Positions 1-15,940 of a stretch of 64,000 nucleotides of DNA are shown here, in pieces (position 1 is the stretch's first letter; every line of letters starts with the position of its first letter). Both the position numbers and the translations under genes were made by a program. The notes below the pieces were generated by a model. It did not search any database, was not told the origin of the DNA, and saw only the letters and a program-made list of their open reading frames with translations. Source of the DNA: Eledone cirrhosa (taxonomy: Eukaryota); contig OZ024742.1 in assembly GCA_964016885.1 (NCBI GenBank), positions 274,722,001 to 274,786,000 of the forward strand, given 5' to 3'.

Positions 1-1136
1 TGGTTTGTCAATAATTATAATAAATTTCGCGCCAGTTCGCGTTACAATAGTTCTTCAAATAAGAGAGAGGTGGGTTGTCACAGGTTGTTTTTTCATATAT
101 GAGTGTTTGAATTTCTTTTTACTTGAAAAAAGGAGGCTCACGAAGGCTTTTTTGGGGTTGGTTATAAATGAAATTTGGCTGTCACGTGAACAAGTTTTTA
201 TTACATTTGTGCGCCCTTATTTGGAAAACTATTCTGTAGTCTTTATAGTGAATGTTATGATAATGGAGAGATAGTGGTCAAGAGAAAAGGGATTGGGAGA
301 AATGTTCTGGTTCAGTGAATATGGCCAGCTCGCCGGGGTGTCAGAGTTCAGATTTTCTATTGAGACTGAAGATATGTATGTTTATTTGTGTGCTTGTGTG
401 TGTGTATGTGTGTGTGTGTGTGTGTGTGTATGTGTGTATTGGAAGATGATTCTATTAGTAGAGATGGGGGAGGGAGTTGTGTGTGTATATGGGTGTTATG
501 TGTGTGTGTGCGAGTATGTTAAGATGGAGAGAATATATATTTTGTGTGTGTGTATATACATATGTGTGTAGGAAAGTGGTTCTATTAGTAGAAATGGGGA
601 GGGAGTTGTAGGTGTGGGGGTTGTTTTGTGTGTGTATGGGTGTTATGTGTGTGGGAGTATGGTTAGCATGTTAAGATGAAGAGAATATATATATATATAT
701 ATATTGTGTGTGTATGTGTGTATGTGTGTATGTGTGTGTGTAGGAAAGTGATTCCTTTAGTAGGAATATTTTTGAATGAACATATTTTCCTCACTTTTTC
801 GTGTTTGCTGTTGTATTGCCAGTGCAAACGTATGTTAAGGTTTATTTAGTTCGGTTTTTTATTTTCTAAAGTAGAAGGTGTTATGTGTGTGTATGTCATA
901 TTGTGGTGTTGACATAATGTATATTAAACCTTATTTAATGTTGGTCTATATTTTTGAATAAACATATTTTCCTTATTTATTCGCATTTGTATATTCGCAT
1001 TTGTATATTCGCATTTGTATATTCGCATTTATATATTCTCTCCATCTTAACATACTCGCACACACACACATAACACCCATATACACACACACACAACTCC
1101 CTCCCCCATCTCTACTAATAGAATCATCTTCCAATA

Positions 1137-1179
<43 letters not shown>

Positions 1180-1582
1180 ACACACAAGCACACAAATAAA
1201 CATACATATCTTCAGTCTCAATAGAAAATCTGAACTCTGACACCCCGGCGAGCTGGCCATATTCACTGAACCAGAACATTTCTCCCAATCCCTTTTCTCT
1301 TGACCACTATCTCTCCATTGTCATAACATTCATAATAAAGACTACAGAATAGTTTTCCAAATAAGGGCGCAAAAATGTAATAAAAACTTGTTCACGTGAC
1401 AGCCAAATTTCATTTATAACCAACCAAAAAAAAGCCTTCGTGAGCCTCCTTTTTTCAAGTAAAAAGAAATTCAAACACTCATATATGAAAAAACAACCTG
1501 TGACACCCCCCCCCCTCTCTTATTTGAAGAACTATTGTAACGCGAACTGGCGCGAAATTTATTATAATTATTGACAAACCAA
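1..1582. repeat. Long inverted repeat (arms ~1-540 and ~1030-1582) of a PLE-type non-coding tail
   Basis: 1-540 is the reverse complement of ~1030-1582 (e.g. tggtttgtcaataattataat / attataattattgacaaacca). The right arm continues to a hammerhead, AATAAA and (TA)n at ~1740-1752. Confidence 0.85.
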
Positions 1583-1696
1583 TCAAATTACTACTCGTAA
1601 AACCTGGAATTTCGAGCCACTTTTTCCATATAAAACAAGTAACATTCAGAGACCAACCAGATGTGAGAAAAACCACAGACCCTCCATCTCAACTCA

Positions 1697-1734
1697 CCTT
1701 TTGAAAAGCAGAAGAACTGCGAAACCGGTAAAGG
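1697..1734 (+). ncRNA. Minimal type I hammerhead ribozyme, U3-A8 core
   Basis: CCTT-TTGAAAA-GCAG(aagaa)CTGC-GAAA-CCGG-TA-AAGG: all three stems pair and the cleavage triplet is GUA. Confidence 0.8.
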
Positions 1735-1833
1735 AACCAAATAAATATATATATTTTTTTTTAAAATAAGACTTCAGTTGCATTTTCGATTTCATCTCTT
1801 TTTCTTTATATATATATAGTTTTAATATAGATG

Positions 1834-1884
1834 AGATTCTACAGGACTAGAACTGTTTCATTCTTTAGAAATCATCAGGAATCT
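1834..1884 (-). ncRNA. Type I hammerhead ribozyme, canonical core
   Basis: Minus strand AGATTC-CTGATGA-TTTCTAAAGAAT-GAAA-CAG(ttctagtc)CTG-TA-GAATCT. Confidence 0.85.
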
Positions 1885-2329
1885 GGGTATCAAAAAATAA
1901 GTATGGTATTTATAGGTCTCTACAAGTGGTAGGAGAGGGTGGGGAGTGGGATGGGTGTAGGTCATTGGTTGATAGAAAAGGAAATTCATTAAAAGCTAAT
2001 TCTACAAAGCTATAGTTTATTTTTATTTTTGGAGTAACAAAGGCAGAAAGAATTCTATAAACAGGTTCAGGATGGGATGCCACTCCTTATTATTAAGTTT
2101 CTCTTAAGCTAACAGGTGTCTATAAGATCAGTGGGGGTCAGTCATAGTAGAAAGATTTAAAGGAAAGGGAGTTTCTTTAAAAGCTAAAATCTGTAAGGTT
2201 CTACTAAGTGACAAAGGTTTAGAGAATCCTGTAGACAAATTCAAAATATTGAGTGCATTTCATACAATTATCTTCAAATTTCTCTTAAACTGTTCAACTG
2301 TATGCCAAAAATCAACAGGCACATTCACA

Positions 2330-4000
<1,671 letters not shown>

Positions 4001-4009
4001 AAATAAGTA

Positions 4010-5235
4010 CTCAATAAATGTACGCATATACACAGGCACATAAAAACAGCTCTACAGGCAGAAAATGCAGATAGGTAAGAGGTACTCACATAACCATAAT
4101 GGCCGTATTTGAGGTTGAGGAGGGGTTGAAGGTAGGGTGGGAAGGATGTATAGGGGCCAATAGGAGGAGGTCGTTTTTAGCCATCGGGCTTTAACACTGG
4201 CTTAAAGTATTTGAAAGTTGCAAAGTTCTTGTGCGTGCAGTTCGGGCAGTGTTCAGAGCGTTTGTTCAGTAGCGGGTCCTTGGCGAATAAAATTCCGTAG
4301 CTCTCTGAGATACAAAGGTCGCAGCCCTTGTGTCCTCCGTTGTAAGAGCGCGCTTTCTGGAGTATTTTCCATTTAAGCGTGAAGGGGGTGGAGTTCCTTT
4401 TGAGGTCCCAAACATAGGAGGCGAGTGTTGTCTGGTTTGATTTGTCCGGTCTTCTGAGGGAGTGGGTATGGGCATACCAATGGGTCTTAAATTTGTTGGT
4501 GGTCATGCCGATGTAAGTTTTTTTGGAATCATCGGTGCCTGAGATGACATCGCATTTGTATACGATATCATTTGTGAGGCATTTGTTTTCAAGTGGGCAT
4601 GCTTCCTTATTTAGGCAGTTACACAGAGCCCCAGTCCGGGGATTGGGTTCGGAGGTGGTTGGCTTATTTAATTTTTTTAGAATTGTGGTTGGCTATATTC
4701 CTAGCTAGGTTAGTTGTGGTGGAGTAGGAGAGTCTTATTGTGTTCTTATTAAAGATGGTGTGGTACCTATGTTGTATGGGGAAGTGTAATTTCAGCAAAG
4801 TGAAGAAAATCCTAGCTATCAGTGTAGAGACCTCTCTATTGAAAGGAGGGTTGTACCAGCTAATCTGCCTATGTCTATTCCTCCTCTGCAAACTTGCGGT
4901 CGTTTCTAGGTATGTTATCTTTTCTTTAAATCCGCTGCGAGCGAGGGCGTCATTGTAGTAGGAGGCAGATGCGTTAAAAATATCTTTGTTGGCGGAGAGG
5001 CCAGATATTCTAATAGAGACACTTTTTACTATGTTATCAGTGATGTTTTGGATGTGGTTTGAATTAACATTAATATATCTACGGGACTCGTTAGGTTTGT
5101 GGTACGGGTAATAGAGGGAAGTATCTAGGTCGAGAGTGACATCTAAGAAGTTGGCCCTATTCAAATTAGATTATATAGTTATACTAAATCATAGATTAGA
5201 GAAGAATGAGCTTAAGTTTTTCCGAAACCCATCTA
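4010..5235 (-). mobile_element. 5'-truncated Penelope-like element (RT C-terminus, Cys motif, GIY-YIG), Naiad-like, frameshifted
   Basis: ORFs 4664-5164 (NFLDVTLDL..YYPYHKPN..ISWYNPPF..IFNKNTIRLSYS) and 4177-4506 (TTLASYVWDLK..WKIL..CDLCISE..LLNKRSE..C.H). Confidence 0.9.
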
Positions 5236-5264
5236 TATATATATATATATATATATATAGTTAA

Positions 5265-7277
<2,013 letters not shown>

Positions 7278-7429
7278 TATATATATATATATATATATAT
7301 GTCTATATATATATATATATATATATGTCTATATATATATATATATATATATGTCTATATATATATATATATATATATGTCTATATATATATATATATAT
7401 ATATGTCTATATATATATATATATATATA

Positions 7430-7487
<58 letters not shown>

Positions 7488-7914
7488 TATATATATATAT
7501 ATATATGAAAACAGGGAGAAAGAGACGATTATGACGAAGAAAAAAATTTTTTTTTCCATTTTTGTTTCTCTCTTTTTTCTGGGTTAGAAAATGATTAAAA
7601 CGAAATGTTTTACTTTGTGCGAAGTGTTAAGGTATTAGTTGATTTATTTGTTATTTAACAATGGCATTTATTTATCTATTTATATATTTCATTATTGTCT
7701 ATTACCAATTTCAGCATTTATATGCATTATCAAATGATAGTGAAATGTATTAGTGTGATGTCGCACATGTTAAACAGAAGGTTCAGAAAGAATAATGTTA
7801 TATACAAACAAGGTTTAAGAAGTGAAAAGAAAAAAGAAATATATGATATATGATATATGATATATATATTTGTTTTGCGAGGTTTTTTATATGAAATAGT
7901 GTACCGAAACAAAT

Positions 7915-9053
<1,139 letters not shown>

Positions 9054-9561
9054 GAAAGGTAGTTAGAGAGATGGACAGATGAACTGAACTAAATATATAT
9101 GTATATCAATACGAAAATTGAACACGATTAGAAGTATAAAACAAATTCAAGTGAGTTTCTTATGTTTTACAAATACGCACATGCGTACACACACATACAT
9201 GTATACACATGTTCATTGTATACTATCTAACTACGTATCAGTGTACATATATATATGCTTGCACATTCTCCCGTTTGTTATAATTTTTTCACTATTTTCT
9301 CTTTTTCCCCTTTTCCTTTCTAATTTCCTTCTCCCCTCCTCCTTTTTCCCAATAACTTACCCAGTTAATGAATGCTCTGGGAGTAGAAATATTGTCTTTA
9401 AAGCGTTGAAATATCCGAAACCCCCAGTAGACAGCTGATGAGGAAATCCTCCCCCCTGTTCTTGCTACCTTCTGATTCTCATTCCATTTATAAGCCTAAA
9501 TTAACTAGAAACTACACATCCATCCTATTCTCTCTTTATATTTATATATATATATATATAT

Positions 9562-9910
9562 ATCACAGAAAAAAAGAGAATCAGTGTTGCGACGATTGGA
9601 ATTTATTGGGCATATTACAATCGTTTCTCTGGCGACCAGCTCGAAGCACGATCGATTTGATGATCGAACCTGACTCTGAAAATCACAAGGTCATCATTTA
9701 CATCTTGATTCTACGAAGCAGATTTCCAAGCAGATTTTCCTATAGGGAAATCTGCTTCGTAGAATCAAAAGTTATCTGAGGAGCTTACGATGTTCAGAGT
9801 CAGGTTCAATCATCAAATCGATCGTGCCTCGAGCTGGTCGCCAGAGAAACGATTGTAATATGTCCAATAAATTCCATTCGTCGCATCACTGATTATCTTT
9901 TTTCTGTGAT
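9562..9910. repeat. ~350-bp palindrome containing an atypical hammerhead-like motif (9771-9864, +)
   Basis: Arms 9562-9727 and 9746-9910, with apex hairpin agcagattttcctatagggaaatctgct. The right arm has CTGAGGA..63 nt..GAAA-CGATTG-TA. Confidence 0.8.
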
Positions 9911-9971
9911 ATCAGACTCTGCTCTACGAGAGCATTGACTGCTCATACGGACGCTTTAAGCATCAAACACC

Positions 9972-10014
<43 letters not shown>

Positions 10015-10018
<4 letters not shown>

Positions 10019-10212
10019 AGGAAAGGTGGTAAGGAACCAGGTGGACCATAACGCACCAAAGTACTCAATACTTAGAGTAGTAGAGTGGGTAATAGGAGTA
10101 AGTAAGACCCCGACGGCTGAGCTCAAGCCGTTTGGACGGCTAATTCTGTACGGCTGAGTACAGAATTAGCCGTCGAAACGGCTTGAGCTCAGCCGTTGGG
10201 GTCTTACTTACT

Positions 10213-10218
<6 letters not shown>
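10015..10218. repeat. Fold-back PLE tail (family of 15739-15925) with its apex inside hammerhead stem II
   Basis: 10096-10150 is inverted at 10157-10218 and contains TAGCCGTC-GAAA-CGGCTTGAGCTCAGCCG. (TA)n lies on both sides. Confidence 0.85.
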
Positions 10219-10261
<43 letters not shown>

Positions 10262-10266
<5 letters not shown>

Positions 10267-10466
10267 AGTGCTTACACAACAGTTAGTTCACCATACTGAA
10301 AACAATTGTTTCACATTAGCGGATACTCAGCTCGAGGATCCGCTAAGGTGAAACAATTGTTCTCGGTATGGTGAACTAACTGTTATGTAACCACTTCTAC
10401 CTAACTCGTCCCATGGACTGAGTGCTCTACCACTACGGATATTAACTTCCAGTGTCCTATCACTAC
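10262..10466. repeat. Fold-back PLE tail (family of 21250-21388) with its apex at the hammerhead 5' edge
   Basis: The arms meet at ctcagctcgaggatccg. The right arm reads gaggatccgctaaggtgaaacaattgttctcgg. Confidence 0.85.
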
Positions 10467-10474
10467 ATATATAA

Positions 10475-10541
<67 letters not shown>

Positions 10542-10671
10542 GATAAATCTACCAAAAGTTTACGGTAGTGTCCAATCCGTATGAAGAACTCAATGTAATC
10601 CGGATATCATGGAAAGAAGAGATGCATTCAAAAATCACTTTCGGTGAAAGATAAACGGAATACAGAGTCAA

Positions 10672-11236
10672 GATAAAATATTAAAAAAATAATGAATAAA
10701 ACAATGAAACAGTTCCTTATATTAAACAAAAAAAGTTCATTATTTAACGATCGTTTCTAGGACATATATGTGTTAGAATTGGCATTCATATTCAAAAGAT
10801 CTATGTACAAAATTATACAAAATTATACAAACTATCAAATAGAATATACATACCAACACATACATATGCCGTCTTCAGAAATAATGAAATATATTTATTG
10901 ATAATAACAACAATTCAAAATTACAGGTCTGTTTGGGAACAGATTTTAAATAGACCAATGAAATACATAAAAATATATCAAGAAAATACAGTTAGGTGTG
11001 TGTATATATGTAAGTAACATCGTTCACAGATATGCATAAAAATGTATGTTCACATGCATACACATGTCGAAAAATGTATGTAAATACAAAAATTCAGGGC
11101 TAATGTCTCTGTATGTTTATAATCCACAGGCAAAATACACATACGTATACATACATATATACACTCATATATACACACATATACATACATTCATACACAC
11201 ACACGCATATACACATAAACATACACATACCCACGA

Positions 11237-11281
<45 letters not shown>

Positions 11282-13995
11282 TACGTATATATTATTATTA
11301 TAACTATATGGATATTGAGGCGCACACATAAACACTGCCACATATACTTACATCTAGATGCAGAACTAAAAATATATACATTCATACCCACTTATTTACA
11401 TGCGCACATATGTATTTTTATACTCACATACAAACACACAAACATACATACATACATACTTACATACACATACATACATCCACGCTTACAAATACGAATA
11501 ATTATAGGGGGGGGGGGGGAGGGGATTAAAATTATTAGTGGGAAATAGTAAATATAGGTTTCAAGGAACATAGAATATTAATCTGCATTTAGATCATAAT
11601 ATGTGTTTACATAGTAGTTTCAGTATTAGGAAATGTAAGAAAGAAGGCAAAATTATGCATTTTAATATAAGTAGACTATTAATTATAGGTTAACTAAAGT
11701 AAAAATAGTTAATATATTGATTTCTAAGGTGTATACTACTTAGGTTTATAATATTTAAAGCGGAATTTTGAAGTTAAACAGTAGTAGAGTATTAATTATA
11801 GCATAACTAAATTAAAAATATTAACATTATGGCATCAATTTTAGGAAATGAATTTAGTAATAGGGAAAGCCAAATCAAGTATTTCATCGGTAGTAGAATA
11901 TTAATTATAAACTAAACTAAAAATTATATATTAATTTCTATAGTATATGTTAATTAGGTTTATAATAATTAAAGCAGATTTTGTATTTTATCTATAGTAG
12001 AATATAATTATAGGTTAACAAAAATTAAAATTAATCTATATATTTATTTGTAAAGAATATATTAATTAGGTATATATTTAAAAGTTTTTCTCAGTTTATG
12101 ATTACATGATATTCTGCAATCCATCTGTATTAGAATTTTAATTTTAAGCTAACTAAATTAAAATTATAGGTTAACTAAATTAAAATTAATTCATAAATTA
12201 ATTTCTAAATTGTACATTAATTAGGTTTATAATATTAAAAAGTATTTCTCTGTTATTGATTACACGATATTTTGTTATATTTCATCTGTAAAGGAATTTT
12301 AATAAAAGGTTAAATAAACTAAAATTAATCTATAAATTAATTTCAAAAGTATATATTAATTATGTTAATAATATTTAAAAGTTTTTCACAATTTATGATT
12401 ACACAATATTTTTTAATCTCATCTGTAGTAGAATTTTAATTAAATTAAAATTATAGGTTAACTACATTTAAATTAAATTATATATTAATTTCTAAAGTAT
12501 ATATTATTAATTAGGTTTATAATATTTAAATGTTTTTCTCAGTTTATGATTACACGATATAATTAATTCCTGTCGCTTATTTAATAGGATATCCTTAGAT
12601 TTCATTATTTCAAATAGTTCCTGGGGACACAATCTACATTCATTTCTATTATTTTGATAAGGGGTGGCTCTTTTGAGCACACTCCAGGTCATATCATATT
12701 CTATATTCTTATTTCTATAACTATTAATTTTTTCTGCTAGAGATGTTGTATTAACCAGTGCGGCATTTTTAAAACTATGTTTGTGGGTATTAAACCTTAC
12801 CTTAAAATTGTTAGAAGTAGCTCCTATATATGAGCAAATAGAATCTTTAGTTTTAACTTTACATTTATAAACTATGTTGTTAACAAGACAATTTTCTTTT
12901 AATGGGCAGTTTGCTTTGTTTCTACAGTTACAACCTTTCGTTAATACTGTATTTGAGTAGATATTATGGTTAGTTTGTTGTATTGGTGGTATACTTATGG
13001 TTTTTTTACATTTATATGCATTATAGGCACTTATATTTTGTTTTATGTTTTTGGTTGTTGAGTATGAGAATTTAACTGTTGATCTATTTAAGATTTGATG
13101 GTATTTGTGGTTTGGCGGGAATTTAGTTAGCTTAAAATTAAAATTCTAATACAGATAGATTGCAGAATATCATGTAATCATAAACTGAGAAAAACTTTTA
13201 AATATATACCTAATTAATATATTCTTTACAAATAAATATATAGATTAATTTTAATTTTTGTTAACCTATAATTATATTCTACTATAGATAAAATACAAAA
13301 TCTGCTTTAATTATTATAAACCTAATTAACATATACTATAGAAATTAATATATAATTTTTAGTTTAGTTAACCTATAATTAATATTCTACTACCGATGAA
13401 ATACTTGATTTGGCTTTCCCTATTACTAAATTCATTTCCTAAAATTGATACCATAATGTTAATATTTTTAATTTAGTTATGCTATAATTAATACTCTACT
13501 ACTGTTTAACTTCAAAATTCCGCTTTAAATATTATAAACCTAAGTAGTATACACCTTAGAAATCAATATATTAACTATTTTTACTTTAGTTAACCTATAA
13601 TTAATAGTCTACTTATATTAAAATGCATAATTTTGCCTTCTTTCTTACATTTCCTAATACTGAAACTACTATGTAAACACATATTATGATCTAAATGCAG
13701 ATTAATATTCTATGTTCCTTGAAACCTATATTTACTATTTCCCACTAATAATTTTAATCCCCTCCCCCCCTATAATTATTCGTATTTGTAAGCGTGGATG
13801 TATGTATGTGTATGTAAGTATGTATGTATGTATGTTTGTGTGTTTGTATGTGAGTATAAAAATACATATGTGCGCATGTAAATAAGTGGGTATGAATGTA
13901 TATATTTTTAGTTCTGCATCTAGATGTAAGTATATGTGGCAGTGTTTATGTGTGCGCCTCAATATCCATATAGTTATAATAATAATATATACGTA

Positions 13996-14038
<43 letters not shown>

Positions 14039-15222
14039 TCGTGGGTATGTGTATGTTTATGTGTATATGCGTGTGTGTGTATGAATGTATGTATATGTGT
14101 GTATATATGAGTGTATATATGTATGTCAGGTCACCAGTTGGTGCTACTGGTAACATGTATTCCAGTACAACCTGTCTCATGGTCGGGTCGTTGGCGACTA
14201 AACTGGCAACCCCACCAAGGTTTCTTGTTGAGGAGGGTGACTTTGGACATCCTGCAGGACTAAAAACAAAACCTGTCAAAGGGCAAAGGAGCTCTTAAGA
14301 GTCAATGGCCATCCAAAATCACCGGGAGAGATGACCCCTTAGCCTTTGTCAAGGCAGAATTCTAGGAGAAGGAAAACTCTGATATAACACCTGCAACTCT
14401 GATGGTATCCAATGATGTTGACTTGTTCTTCTTTTTGGTAAATATCATCTTGGTTAAGAGAGTGGGACTGGCTTTGTGCAGTGCCTTTGCTCACTATAAA
14501 AGCTTCACGGCACAGGCATTGCTTTATATCTGGAGATCTCTCTGCACTTGTCGTCACATGGTACCATGGGCCCAGCACTATGTGTCAATAATTGTCACAA
14601 GTGTAGTGTTTGTTCCAGAGTTTTCAAGTCGCTGGCTGGACTAAAAAGTCACACCCGTTCGGCGCATCGGTAGGGGTTCTCCTACATGGATATAAAGTAG
14701 TGGCCGTACTCGAAAACGAGTTGGCAGCCACCATATATGTATGTATACGTATGTGTATTTTGTCTGTGGATTATAAACATACAGAGACATTAGCCCTGAA
14801 TTTTTGTATTTACATACATTTTTCGACATGTGTATGCATGTGAACATACATTTTTATGCATATCTGTGAACGAAGTTACTTACATATATACACACACCTA
14901 ACTGTATTTTCTTGATATATTTTTATGTATTTCATTGGTCTATTTAAAATCTGTTCCCAAACAGACCTGTAATTTTGAATTGTTGTTATTATCAATAAAT
15001 ATATTTCATTATTTCTGAAGACGGCATATGTATGTGTTGGTATGTATATTCTATTTGATAGTTTGTATAATTTTGTATAATTTTGTACATAGAGCTTTTG
15101 AATATGCATGCCAATTCTAATACATATATGTCCTAGAAACGATCGTTAAATAATGAACATTTTTTGTTTAATATAAGGAACTGTTTCATTGTTTTATTCA
15201 TTATTTTTTTAATATTTTATTT
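10672..15222 (-). mobile_element. PLE 3' remnant (GIY-YIG region ~12507-13120) flanked by ~1.5-kb inverted copies of its 3' UTR
   Basis: ORF 12507-12692 reads WSVLKRATPY..CRLCPQE..LLNKRQELIISCNH. ~10672-12155 is the reverse complement of ~13125-15222 once the 14125-14732 insert is removed. Confidence 0.88.
14125..14732 (+). mobile_element. Bipartite non-autonomous RTE-derived element (~610 bp)
   Basis: RTE-type 5' UTR joined to a 3' end encoding CHKCSVCSRVFKSLAGLKSHTRSAHR* and the tail ctcgaaaacgagttggcagccacc. TSD atatatgtat; the empty site is in the opposite inverted-repeat arm (~11150). Confidence 0.8.
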
Positions 15223-15285
15223 TATATATATATATATATATAAATATATATATATAAATATATATATATATAAATATATATATAA

Positions 15286-15321
<36 letters not shown>

Positions 15322-15738
15322 TTATATTTATAAATTTTTTAAATTTGTTTATCTATTCTTTTATTCACTTATTTGTTTATTTATTTATTTATGTATTTCT
15401 TTAGCCTAGCAATAGCGAGAGACTTAAGTCTTAGTAACCAGACCTTGCTTATTTTCTCTTTTCTCTCTATCAGTACTTTTCATAGTTTTACCCTTCATTG
15501 TTCTTACTTACCGTTTCGACTTCCTCCCCCTCCCCCTCCTCAGTATCCTCTTTGACCTCACACCCAGCTGTAGCCGGCACTACTAACGCTTGAATGGGTC
15601 TACTCCACCCCCTCTCCCTTTTTCTCTTACCGGCAAGTTCAGCTACCACTTCCCCCACCATTTTGCCATCACAGATTTACTACTAACTTGTGATGTGACC
15701 AATCCTGGTGTTTATCTCTTTGACCATATATGGAATTG

Positions 15739-15830
15739 CCCCTTGACAAGCTCGGCTATTTAAATACCAGAATACATTTTTATTCAGTCTAGAATTAGCC
15801 GTCGAAACGGCTTGAGCTCAGCCGTCGGGT
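15739..15830 (+). ncRNA. Type I hammerhead ribozyme, U3-A8 core, long stem II
   Basis: CCCC-TTGACAA-GctCGGCTA..TAGCCGtC-GAAA-CGGCT(tgagctc)AGCCG-TC-GGG. The GUC site is at 15824-15826, and the tail runs to (TA)n at ~15924. Confidence 0.8.
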
Positions 15831-15940
15831 CTTACTTGTTCCTATTACCCACTCTACTACCCTAAGTATTGAGTACTTTGGTGCGTTATGGTCCACTTGG
15901 TTCCTTACCACATTTGCTTCGTTATATATATATATATATA

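Noticed and set aside
9360-9455. TTAATGA..GAAA and CTGATGAGGAAATCC motifs
   Set aside because: The core or stems are incomplete, so these were not counted as hammerheads.
14135-14210. HDV-like ribozyme at the 5' end of the RTE derivative (CCAGT/ACTGG, GTCG..CGAC-TAA)
   Set aside because: P2- and P4-like pieces exist, but I could not build P1, P3 and P1.1 in the required order. An Infernal scan is needed.
15095-15152. GAAA-CGATCG-TT motif (mirrored at ~10745)
   Set aside because: It looks like an HHR 3' half, but no acceptable core heptamer lies upstream.
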